NCBI GenBank assembly: GCA_003229305.1
Contig: QIDH01000055.1
Location: 3,240 to 67,239, forward strand
DNA length: 64,000 bases
Direction: 5' to 3'
Origin: Acidimicrobiia bacterium
Lineage (GTDB): Bacteria > Actinomycetota > Acidimicrobiia > Spongiisociales > Spongiisociaceae
The position numbers and the translations under genes are program-made. Positions 27,509 through 35,900 of this stretch are shown here, in pieces. The notes below the pieces were generated by a model that was not told the DNA's origin, searched no databases, and saw nothing but the letters and a program-made list of their open reading frames with translations. Numbering within the stretch: the stretch's first letter is position 1; each line of letters starts with the position of its first letter.

Positions 27509-29842
27509 TTGACCAGGTTCGTGGCAGGTCCGGGCTGGGTTTCAGCAACGAATTCGGGCCGACGCCTGACTCTCGTCATCCGCCAGTCGCCCGATTCGGG
27601 TGGTCCGCTTTTGGCTGAGACGAGACGGCCCCCTCGCACACTGATCTTGGCATTGGCTGCGGCCGCAGCCATTGCAGTCATCTTCCTCACCCGATCCATT
27701 TCTGGCACAGACGAGAGCGATGCCGGGCAGATCCTGGCCGCCGGCGCCGAACAGGCCGACCCGGCTTTGCTTGATGGTGGATGGGTCCAGATCGACCTCC
27801 CAGGTACGGCGCAGTTGCGGAACGTTTGGGATGTTGAGGGGATTCTCTACGCGGCTGGCCGAATCCCTCAGACAGGCGAAGCTGTCCTGTGGAGGAGTGG
27901 GGAGGGTCGCGATTGGCTCCAGATAGGTGCGTCTGACGGTTCGTTCGCCGGCTCGTCCATCAACTCGATAGTTGTGTTCGCCGGCGAGGTTCTCGCCCTT
28001 GGTACGAGGGCGCTGGAGGCATCGGAAGGGTCTCAGATGATCGTGCCGGCCGTTTGGCGCTCGGCAACGGGAGAGGAATTCACGCTGTCGCAAGACCCAT
28101 TGTCGGTCGACGATGTCACGGCGAGTTCCGGAGGAGGCTTCCTTGGTGCGGCCGTCGCAGAAGGCCGGTTGGTGGTTGTGGGCTGGTCGGGTGGTTCAGG
28201 CACCCTGGACGGTGAGGGGGCAGCAAGGGGAGCGGTATGGATATCGGAAGACGGGTCGTCCTTTATCTCCGTCGAGGATGAGCATTCCTTCTCCTCGACG
28301 GGGACTGTTATCAGAGACGTGGTCCGTGTCGGAGATTCCGGGCTGATAGCAGTTGGGGGGAGTGGGGGCTCAGCCGTCGTCTGGCAATCGGCCAACGGCG
28401 ACGCCTGGGAAATCGTGTCCGAGGGCAGCGGGCCGGCCGACGGTGGTGGCGCTTGGTCCGCCGACCTGCTGGTCAGTGGACCGAACGGCGTCATTTCGTA
28501 TGGCGTATTCCGGCCGGACGCGGCCGAGGCCCTAGGAGACGGGTCCCTTTATTGGTCAGGCTCGGGAGAATGGGAGAGAGTCGATGGAGCCGTCTTCGGC
28601 GGAGGCATCCCTAGCGGTGTCGATGCGGACGCGGTCGGTTATGTGGCTGTCGGCGAACAGGACATCGGGGACGGTGAGTCTTCTGGAAGCGCATGGGTGT
28701 CTCGCGATGGGGCTACTTGGAACCAGTTGACAGTCGAGGGCCTTTCGGGCGGCGTCTCGAGTGCCAACGCCGTGGCGGTATCTGACGACGGAGTGGCGAT
28801 CGTCGGTTCGGCCTATGCGCAACCGGCCATCTGGTTCCGTCCGGCGGGCGATCTCGATCAGAACCAGCCGGTGGCAGCCGCCGGGCCTTTGGCCCCGCCC
28901 GCCTGGGCGACGGTGTTTCAAGAACAGACGGCTTCGGATGCCAGTCCCGTTTCGATATCTTCCGCCGGCGGACGGTTCTACGGGTTCGCGGCGGAGAGGG
29001 TTATTTGGACCTCGGTCGATGGGAGGGAATGGTCGCCAGCCCTTTTCGATGACGTTGGCCTGGGTGACGCCTCTGCCATCATTTCGGTCGTCGAGGCCGG
29101 GGACGTTTCCGTGGCCATAGGCGAGGCTGACGGAAGCGGGCTGTGGGTCTCTACCGACGGCAATCAGTGGGGGAGGCCGGCATCGAAACTCCCTTGTTGC
29201 GCTGAGGCTCTCTTCACGGATGGCTCCGGTTTCACGGCCCTCTTTGCCGCTGGAGACGCCTGGGTCACGGCCGGATCTGCTGACGGCCTGATTTGGGCAG
29301 TCGTTGACGAGAACTTCGACTTTCCCCTCGACGATCTCTGGGAGAGCGCCGCGCTAGGCCCGTCATGGTTCGTTTGGGGCTCAGAAGAGGGCGGCGAGGA
29401 TATTCGGATGTGGGAATCTGTCGACGGAGGTGGCTGGGTCGAGGCCAAGGGTCCTGACGGAGACTTTGGCGCCGTGGCGTGGGAAGGAGTTTGGCAGTTC
29501 CAGGGCCAGATCGTGGTGGCAGGCACGGTCGGTGAGCGCACCGTCGTGTTCACGACGGTCGATGGGCTGACTTGGACGCCGGTACCGCTCCCCGATATCG
29601 ATGTCACTCCCACGGTCAGGGACGCGGCCCCGGTTCGAGAGGGGTTGGCTTTGTTGCTGGTTCTGGACGGCAGGCGCCTGGCCGTGTCACAGGCGGTCGG
29701 AGGACGATTGGAGGAACTCGTGCTCTTGTCACCTAGCGACGGCTTCGGTGGCCTGCGGGCGGTGTTGGTGCCAGGAGCAGACGCGTTACGAACGGTCGGT
29801 CCCGACCACGGACGGATGACCGTCTGGGAGTGGATCCCCTAG
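27509..29842 (+). CDS. Membrane-anchored beta-propeller protein with about 9 degenerate BNR/Asp-box repeats (start uncertain)
   Basis: An N-terminal TM segment (LILALAAAAAIAVIFL) is followed by recurring W-x-S-x-D-G-x-x-W/F units: WRSGEGRDW, WISEDGSSF, WQSANGDAW, WVSRDGATW, WTSVDGREW, WVSTDGNQW, WESVDGGGW, TTVDGLTW. Confidence 0.7.
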   Translation: MTRFVAGPGWVSATNSGRRLTLVIRQSPDSGGPLLAETRRPPRTLILALAAAAAIAVIFLTRSISGTDESDAGQILAAGAEQADPALLDGGWVQIDLPGTAQLRNVWDVEGILYAAGRIPQTGEAVLWRSGEGRDWLQIGASDGSFAGSSINSIVVFAGEVLALGTRALEASEGSQMIVPAVWRSATGEEFTLSQDPLSVDDVTASSGGGFLGAAVAEGRLVVVGWSGGSGTLDGEGAARGAVWISEDGSSFISVEDEHSFSSTGTVIRDVVRVGDSGLIAVGGSGGSAVVWQSANGDAWEIVSEGSGPADGGGAWSADLLVSGPNGVISYGVFRPDAAEALGDGSLYWSGSGEWERVDGAVFGGGIPSGVDADAVGYVAVGEQDIGDGESSGSAWVSRDGATWNQLTVEGLSGGVSSANAVAVSDDGVAIVGSAYAQPAIWFRPAGDLDQNQPVAAAGPLAPPAWATVFQEQTASDASPVSISSAGGRFYGFAAERVIWTSVDGREWSPALFDDVGLGDASAIISVVEAGDVSVAIGEADGSGLWVSTDGNQWGRPASKLPCCAEALFTDGSGFTALFAAGDAWVTAGSADGLIWAVVDENFDFPLDDLWESAALGPSWFVWGSEEGGEDIRMWESVDGGGWVEAKGPDGDFGAVAWEGVWQFQGQIVVAGTVGERTVVFTTVDGLTWTPVPLPDIDVTPTVRDAAPVREGLALLLVLDGRRLAVSQAVGGRLEELVLLSPSDGFGGLRAVLVPGADALRTVGPDHGRMTVWEWIP

Positions 29843-29896
29843 GACAGACGGGTGTTCCTGTTTCCGCTTGCAGTGGCGACCAGGCCACATCGACAA

Positions 29897-29923
29897 GGGA
29901 GCGGCACGAAAGATGCCGCTCCC
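29897..29923 (+). terminator. Stem-loop downstream of the propeller gene (GGGAGCGGCA-CGAAAGA-TGCCGCTCCC), weak U tract
   Basis: A perfect 10-bp GC-rich stem lies 54 nt after the stop at 29842, followed by TTGAGG. Confidence 0.45.
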
Positions 29924-30063
29924 TTGAGGAATGTTCTAGTCGTGTTCCGCACGAATGATCGTTACGTCTTTTCGGCTCGAACCCGAAGGGTTCGTGATGA
30001 CCGCCCGTGACTGGGAGACACGCTGGCACCAATTAGGCGACCAACAACTAGTTGTTGTCGGTA

Positions 30064-30351
30064 TCAGGCTTCGGAGACCACGCCACGATTGCGGGGGAAA
30101 CGAACTGGGCTGTGGTTGTAGCAAAAGGGTCCATGGTTGTAGCGCGACAGCTTCGTTTCGCAGTCGTTTGTCGTGCAAAACCTGGTGTCTTCGATGGTTT
30201 TGGGCCGACGACCCTTCATTCTCCGCCATGCCCGCAGAGTTGCCTGGCTCTCCATTACCGCTCCGTTCCGCCTTGTGGCGAGTAGTCCCTGTGCTGGTTT
30301 CGAACGCCTAGCTGTAGCCCAGCCTCCCGCTCTTCCAGTTGTGTACATCAT
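30064..30351 (-). CDS. Small basic protein with C-x4-C...C-x2-H zinc-ribbon-like motif (internal ATG alternatives)
   Basis: 95-aa ORF with the C-terminal half RFCTTNDCETKLSRYNHGPFCYNH. No family name recalled. Confidence 0.4.
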   Translation of the reverse strand: MMYTTGRAGGWATARRSKPAQGLLATRRNGAVMESQATLRAWRRMKGRRPKTIEDTRFCTTNDCETKLSRYNHGPFCYNHSPVRFPRNRGVVSEA

Positions 30352-30501
30352 CGGTAATTTGCGTCGATCTGTGGAGCCACAATTAGAAGACCCCCAGAGT
30401 GGCTAGTTTGCCACTCAGGGTGGTGATATTTGTTCAGATGGTCTCTCAGGGATTAGAGGCCGGCGATCCCTATGAGATACGCGGAAGGCTTGGGCTCGCC
30501 A

Positions 30502-31092
30502 TCAGCCCAGAATGTGATCGACCGTGGCGCGCAGGTCTTGGATCCCAGTCCTTTTCGCAGCGCTGACCCAGACAATCTCTGCTTTGTCTACTTCGAGGCG
30601 CGAGGCGAGTTCTTCGCTCCTGCGGTGGCGCTTGGAGGGCTTAACCTTGTCCATCTTCGTCGCCACAAAACGGTAGGAGCATTCAATGTGCTCCAACCAT
30701 TCGACGGTGCTCAGGTCGAGTTTGGTTGGGCCGATCTCTCCGTCGATCAAGACAAGCGTGGCCGCCAGAGTTTCCCGTTCGATCAGATACGTCTCAATCA
30801 TCCCGGACCAACGGCGTTGCTCGGATTTCGAAGCCGTCGAGAATCCGTACCCAGGGAGATCGACCAGCCATCGGCCTGATCCGGTCGGCTCACGTTCGTA
30901 GACATTGATCAACCTGGTGGCGCCAGGGGTCTTGGACGTTCTGGCAAGGTTGCGCCGGTTGGCAAGTGCGTTGATGAGCGACGATTTGCCTACGTTTGAT
31001 CGTCCGACCATCGCCACTTCGATGACAGAGTCCGGTAGTTGTTCCATCCTCGCGGCGGATTGGACGAAGTTCAGTCTGAGGGGTTCGGCCAT
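30502..31092 (-). CDS. engB: Ribosome biogenesis GTP-binding protein YsxC/EngB
   Basis: G1 GRSNVGKSSLINAL, G3 DLPGYG, G4 TKMDK. 196 aa. Confidence 0.92.
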   Translation of the reverse strand: MAEPLRLNFVQSAARMEQLPDSVIEVAMVGRSNVGKSSLINALANRRNLARTSKTPGATRLINVYEREPTGSGRWLVDLPGYGFSTASKSEQRRWSGMIETYLIERETLAATLVLIDGEIGPTKLDLSTVEWLEHIECSYRFVATKMDKVKPSKRHRRSEELASRLEVDKAEIVWVSAAKRTGIQDLRATVDHILG

Positions 31093-31128
31093 CGCGGTCC
31101 GCCGCCAGGGTGCTTCACGGGCCCGGTT

Positions 31129-31638
31129 TCACAGATAGGTGCCGGAGTACTCGCCTGGTTCTTGGCCCGGCTCTATCGCTCCTCGCGCCCGCATCTCGGC
31201 TAGCTGAGATTGAGCCTCTACCTGTTGGCTCACAAGGGAGGCTTGGATGCCGTGGAACAGACCCTCCAACCAACCGACCAACTGAGCTTGTGCGATGCGG
31301 ATCTCCGACTCGGAAGGCGCGTTTTCCCCGGCCGCGAGAGGTAGGAAGATGTCATCCATTTCGTTTCTGAGTTCGGTCGAGATGACATCTCGCAGCTGAT
31401 CCAGCGAGCGCTCGTGAACCTCGAGCAATCGGCGCCTGCCTGGCTCATCAGTAGGTGCTTGGCGGACCTCGTCGAGCATTGCTCGAGTCATCGACGCCAT
31501 CCGGATGAGCTTGGTCGGCTGAGATATGGCCGGTTCCTCCGCCGCTCTTTCGCTTCGTTGGGCGGCTCCTGGCTCGTCGCCTACCACCTCTGGCTTTACG
31601 GCCTGTTCGTCAGAATTCTTCGGATCTGTCACCCTCAC
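31129..31638 (-). CDS. bpa: Bacterial proteasome activator (Bpa/PafE family)
   Basis: 169-aa ORF with a disordered N-terminus, a helical core (LIRMASMTRAMLDEVRQAP...LVGWLEGLFHGIQ) and a C-terminal GTYL, comparable to the GQYL proteasome-docking tail of mycobacterial Bpa. Confidence 0.8.
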   Translation of the reverse strand: MRVTDPKNSDEQAVKPEVVGDEPGAAQRSERAAEEPAISQPTKLIRMASMTRAMLDEVRQAPTDEPGRRRLLEVHERSLDQLRDVISTELRNEMDDIFLPLAAGENAPSESEIRIAQAQLVGWLEGLFHGIQASLVSQQVEAQSQLAEMRARGAIEPGQEPGEYSGTYL

Positions 31639-31946
31639 AGCCTAGGGCAGGTACGAGGCAGTGACCGCACCTATGCGCGACTCCGAGGGCTGGTGGCCCC
31701 TGGCCATGTGCGGTTTCGTGCTGGCGCGTATGGGAGGGATGCTTGACCTGTGGCAGGCGCAGCCGTCTTCTTCAACACGTAGTCAGAGTTGAAACACTGG
31801 TTATCCAGTCTGAAGTGCGCTAAACTAGCGTTGAGCGTCGCTCTGAGCGGACCACCGCACGGTGTGACGACGCCGGGTCTGGCCAGGGCTCGCAGGCCGA
31901 GCAAGGCTACAACAAGCAGGAGACGCACGCCAAGGGAAGGGACCCG

Positions 31947-32201
31947 ATGGCGACGATGAAGGTGAGCGATATGGCCGAGGACTTTCCACCGATTCTCGAC
32001 GCGACACATGTTGCCAAGCTATTGGGGATGAATGTGCAGATGGTGCGCAAGTACGCACGGGAGGGCCGGATTCCCGCATACAGGCTTCCGGGGGGAAGGA
32101 CCTTCAAGTTCTTTCGGGATGAGGTTTTTGAATTCCTCCGCAAACACCCGGTCACGGACGAAATCGATTTGAATGAGAGTGTTGAGGCCGACGCCGACTG
32201 A
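31947..32201 (+). CDS. Excisionase/MerR-like helix-turn-helix DNA-binding protein
   Basis: 84-aa ORF reading LDATHVAKLLGMNVQMVRKYAREGRIPAYRLPGGRTFKFFRDEV, an HTH_17-type signature. Confidence 0.75.
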   Translation: MATMKVSDMAEDFPPILDATHVAKLLGMNVQMVRKYAREGRIPAYRLPGGRTFKFFRDEVFEFLRKHPVTDEIDLNESVEADAD

Positions 32202-32241
32202 GAATTATGCTGAGTCAAGCCCCGCAGCGTGTGGCAGGTGT

Positions 32242-33060
32242 TTAGACCGCTACGCGGTCATTGTGGGCGACTACCGCATCGAGACTCATCGCAACGTAGC
32301 CGGCGCTCCTGTAGCGCTCGTTTTGGGAAGTAGCGATCATTCCGTTGAGCACGGCTGCGGCTGCCGGCGACAGATCACCTTGGGACCTGATCGGCAATGC
32401 AGAACCTCGGCGGTGGGCGATCGCCACGTCCAGAGGGTTCATACCGTCGAACGGTTTGGCGCCGCTGACCATTTCGTAGAAAGTCACTCCAAGGCCGTAG
32501 ATGTCGCATTGAGGAGTAGCCGGCGCGCCAGCGACCCGCTGCGGCGACATGTAATGGATCGAACCGAACACACCGTCAGGCGAAGGTCCGCCGACCTCGG
32601 TTGCGATCCCAAAATCTGAGAGTTTCACGCCACCATCGTTTCGGATGAGGATGTTGCTCGGTTTGATATCGCAATGGACTACGCCGCGGCCATGGATGTG
32701 ACCGAGTGCCCTTGCCAGGGCTCCGACAATTCGGATCGCGGTCGCAGGAGGAAGGTGGCCGCGGCGTAGAATCTGGTCAAGTGCCTCTCCAGGCACAAAC
32801 TCCTCGACGAGGTACGGTCGAGGCCCGTCATGGTCGGCATCCAGAAGCTTCACGACGTGTTGGTGGTCAATGCGGGCTGCCAACGAGATGCCTCGAGTGA
32901 ATCGGGCCCTGGCAACCGGGTCACCGGATGCTCTCTTCGACAATCGTTTGACTGCCACGAACCGGCCCAAACGCAGATCACGCGCTAGCCACACCGCGGC
33001 ATCTCTGCCGGCGGAAAGACGTCGCTCGAGGCGATAGCGCTGATTCCCCACGGTCGTCAC
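32242..33060 (-). CDS. Soluble Ser/Thr protein kinase-like protein, catalytic domain only, several canonical residues substituted
   Basis: VAVK, HCDIKPSNILI and DFG are present. The Gly-loop reads LSAGRDAAV, the alpha-C RE position reads RG, and APE reads SPQ. There is no TM or sensor domain (272 aa). Confidence 0.8.
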   Translation of the reverse strand: MTTVGNQRYRLERRLSAGRDAAVWLARDLRLGRFVAVKRLSKRASGDPVARARFTRGISLAARIDHQHVVKLLDADHDGPRPYLVEEFVPGEALDQILRRGHLPPATAIRIVGALARALGHIHGRGVVHCDIKPSNILIRNDGGVKLSDFGIATEVGGPSPDGVFGSIHYMSPQRVAGAPATPQCDIYGLGVTFYEMVSGAKPFDGMNPLDVAIAHRRGSALPIRSQGDLSPAAAAVLNGMIATSQNERYRSAGYVAMSLDAVVAHNDRVAV

Positions 33061-33198
33061 AAACTCTCCCTGTAGCTGTGTTGATAGTCCGACGGATCAT
33101 GTAGAGCAAGGGGTTGTTGCCAGAATACAAGGGAATGGTTCGTTCGACCTAGACAGAATCGCGCCCAAAGTGATCGAAACTACGCACCGTGAAGTAAT

Positions 33199-33233
33199 CC
33201 GCTTTCCGCTTTCCGCTTTCCGCTTTCCGCTCT
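33199..33233. repeat. Heptanucleotide tandem repeat (CCGCTTT)x4 plus one imperfect unit
   Basis: Read directly: ccgctttccgctttccgctttccgctttccgctct. It is intergenic, about 140 nt upstream of the kinase start and about 130 nt downstream of the M23 peptidase gene. Confidence 0.9.
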
Positions 33234-33364
33234 GCTGTCCGGTCGTCGGCCTCCGCTACCTCCACTGTCAGCCGCCTGATCGATCTACGGTCCATTCCGC
33301 CACACAACCTCGATTCGACCCAAGGTGGCGACCGATAGCGGATGGCTGGAGGCGGATGGCCCTT

Positions 33365-34519
33365 CTACCCGCAGGCCTTGGCGAGGAGTGGATAGGGATT
33401 GATCGGCTCTATGCCTCTCGGATGGACCTCGAAGTGCAACATGGGCCGAGCCCCTCTTGCGTTGCCGCTGTCTCCGACGTAGCCGACAACGGTCCCGGCA
33501 GCCACCTGGCCGCCCGCCCCGAACGAGTCGAGATGGGTGCCCCAATAGACGGTGCCTTCTGCCGTAGTGAGACGGAACTGAATCCCGCCGATGGTTCCCG
33601 TGATCTGCTCGACGAATCCTGCTTCGGGGGCTCGGACCGGAGTACCCCTTGGAGCGAAAAGGTCGTTCCCCTCGTGATACCGCCCGCTACTTCTCGGGAA
33701 ACCCCAGTCGTTGAAGAATGAGGCTCCAGGAACAGGGCAGACCCATCCGCCTCCACCTGGCACTGTTAGACGCTGGCCGACGGTTATCAGGTTGGCGCTC
33801 GGTAGCGCATTGATTTCCAGCAGGCGATGCACGGATGTCCCCTGATTCGCCGCGATCCCGCCAAGGGTGTCGCCTCGAGCCACTACGTACACACTGGAAT
33901 GGGCATGTTCCGGCGAAAAGCTGGGGGGCGGAGGAGAGATTCTCAGCCTGGTCGTCTCAAACACGGTCGAGGTCGTGGACATGCCGTTGGCGCTCGCGAC
34001 GCTGCTTACGCTTACTCCGTATTTCGCCGCTATGGATGCGAGGGACTCGCCCCGCTGAACCACGTGATTCAGCGGGGCGGATCCACCGGTGGTGCCTGCG
34101 CCGGGGACCGAAAGAACTTGTCCAACCCTGATTTGGCTCGAGTTGGAGATGTCGTTTGCGCTGATGAGGGCGCTCAGTGAGACATTGTGGGACACCGCGA
34201 TTCCACTGAGGACCTCTCCGTACCTGACGGTGTGGGTACCTGAAGCGTGGCCTCCCGTGGATCCGGTGGATGTGGTGGATCCGTGGATTTGCAAGGTCTG
34301 GCCGACGACGATCCAGTCGGGATTCGAAATCTCGTTGTGGCTGACGATCGCCGACACGGTTGTGTTGTTGGCCGACGCGATCTCACCAAGGGTCTCGCCC
34401 GGTTTGACCACATAGGCGGCGGCGCTGGCCGCGGCTGCCAGACCCATTACGAGGAAGAGAACAGCGGCGGCCCTAATGGCACGCCGCGTACGGTCGTCGA
34501 AACGAATGAACGCGGGCAT
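33365..34519 (-). CDS. Secreted LysM-repeat M23 family metallopeptidase
   Basis: Signal/anchor helix, then four LysM units (e.g. YVVKPGETLGEIA..., HTVRYGEVLSGIA..., HVVQRGESLASIA..., YVVARGDTLGGIA...). The C-terminal M23 domain carries HEGNDLFAP and LHFEVH motifs. Confidence 0.9.
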   Translation of the reverse strand: MPAFIRFDDRTRRAIRAAAVLFLVMGLAAAASAAAYVVKPGETLGEIASANNTTVSAIVSHNEISNPDWIVVGQTLQIHGSTTSTGSTGGHASGTHTVRYGEVLSGIAVSHNVSLSALISANDISNSSQIRVGQVLSVPGAGTTGGSAPLNHVVQRGESLASIAAKYGVSVSSVASANGMSTTSTVFETTRLRISPPPPSFSPEHAHSSVYVVARGDTLGGIAANQGTSVHRLLEINALPSANLITVGQRLTVPGGGGWVCPVPGASFFNDWGFPRSSGRYHEGNDLFAPRGTPVRAPEAGFVEQITGTIGGIQFRLTTAEGTVYWGTHLDSFGAGGQVAAGTVVGYVGDSGNARGARPMLHFEVHPRGIEPINPYPLLAKACG

Positions 34520-34654
34520 TTACCCTCCACGGCTCCGCCCGCGGTTTGCCAACCTACATCGAATTCTCAGTTTGGCAAGACCCAAACGCAACTCAGAGGG
34601 TCGCCAGTTGGTCGCCTTCGATGGGTCAGGGCAGGTGACACCAAGACTGGAGAG

Positions 34655-35251
34655 TCAGTTCGCCTCGGTCGGAGTCCGGTTCAGATGCTGGCGGTACTCT
34701 CGCTCCAGTAGTCCCCAGACCGAGTGATCAAGCCATTGATCCCTTACTTTCAATTCTTCGCGAAGCACCCCTTCCTTCGTGAAGCCGAGCTTGATGGCAA
34801 CCCGCTCGCTCGGTGCGTTTCCGACCGCGATTCGCAGGATGATTCTGTGCATGTGCATTTCGTCGAAGCCCACTTCGAGGATTCGGCGAGCCGTCTCCGT
34901 GGCCACTCCGCGGCTCGTTACAGATGAATTGATCCAATACCCGACTTCACCGGTCCGGAACGCCCTGGAGGTGAACCAGATGGACATGTTGCCGACGTGA
35001 TTGTCTGGTGCGCCGTCGGCCCTGATCGCGAAATCGTATGCCCTGCCCTCTTTCCAGGCCCGCGTTGAATCCTTGACGAAATTCGTGGCGTCGAGTCGTG
35101 AATACCGTTTGTTGGCCCACGGCAGCCACTCATGAAGTTCATCGAATGATTCGACGACCGCGGCATGAAGCGGTTCGACGTCACGACGTCGAAACGGCCT
35201 GAGGGTGAACCGCTCCGTATTCCGGTTGTGAGTGTCGAGAGGGCCGTGCAT
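34655..35251 (-). CDS. GNAT family N-acetyltransferase (RimJ/RimL-like)
   Basis: 198-aa ORF with the RGVATETARRILEVGFDEMHMHRI acetyl-CoA binding motif region. Confidence 0.85.
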   Translation of the reverse strand: MHGPLDTHNRNTERFTLRPFRRRDVEPLHAAVVESFDELHEWLPWANKRYSRLDATNFVKDSTRAWKEGRAYDFAIRADGAPDNHVGNMSIWFTSRAFRTGEVGYWINSSVTSRGVATETARRILEVGFDEMHMHRIILRIAVGNAPSERVAIKLGFTKEGVLREELKVRDQWLDHSVWGLLEREYRQHLNRTPTEAN

Positions 35252-35302
35252 TGGCTGCAGACTATCCTGAATGGCGGATTGAGGGCCGGCCGCTCGTGGA
35301 AG

Positions 35303-35893
35303 ATGCCGGTCGTCGTGTGTCCGAACTGGGAAGAAACGCCGGCCCCGTATGATGCGGTGATGCTCGATTGGGACCTTCCTGGATTATCGTCCGGCCCGCC
35401 GGCCGGCAACGGCGAACCAAGGGCGGCGGTGCTCGCGGCGCTGTTCGAACAAGACGGCGACATCCGGTTGGTTCTGACCAAACGGCCCATGCACATGCCG
35501 ACCCATCCCGGCGATCTCGCCTTTCCCGGCGGCAAACCCAAACCAGGCGAGTCCCCGGTGGAGACAGCCCTGCGCGAGGCCAGAGAAGAGGTCGGAATTC
35601 TTCCGGAATCGGTCGAGATAATTGGGTTCCTCGACCAGATTCACACCGTGTCGTACGAGCGCATGGTCGTGCCGGTCGTTGGTCGTTTGGCCGAGGTTCC
35701 CGAACTGGTTCCTGATCCATCCGAGGTCGCCAGGATCCTGCTGCCCACTCTCACAGAGCTGCGAGATCCAACGAGATGGAGACAAGAGGACTGGGACGGG
35801 CACATGTTGGATTTCTTCGAGCTCGAGGACGAGATCCTCTGGGGAGCAACCGCCCGCATGGTGAGGCAGATGTTGGGCCTGAGCCTGGATTGA
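35303..35893 (+). CDS. NUDIX hydrolase, CoA pyrophosphatase-like
   Basis: Nudix box GGKPKPGESPVETALREAREEVGI. ATG at 35303 is chosen to avoid overlap with the GNAT gene. Confidence 0.8.
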   Translation: MPVVVCPNWEETPAPYDAVMLDWDLPGLSSGPPAGNGEPRAAVLAALFEQDGDIRLVLTKRPMHMPTHPGDLAFPGGKPKPGESPVETALREAREEVGILPESVEIIGFLDQIHTVSYERMVVPVVGRLAEVPELVPDPSEVARILLPTLTELRDPTRWRQEDWDGHMLDFFELEDEILWGATARMVRQMLGLSLD

Positions 35894-35900
35894 GTGCCTC

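Noticed and set aside
29960-30000. tRNA-like T-arm (GGGTTCGAGCC on the minus strand)
   Set aside because: No acceptor stem, D-arm or anticodon arm can be built around it, and the loop is GTTCGAG rather than TTCRANY. It is better explained as a simple CGAACCC-tetraloop-GGGTTCG hairpin.
33199-33233. CRISPR array
   Set aside because: The 7-nt units are directly adjacent with no spacers, so this is a microsatellite. No CRISPR-like repeat-spacer pattern or cas genes were seen anywhere in the window.
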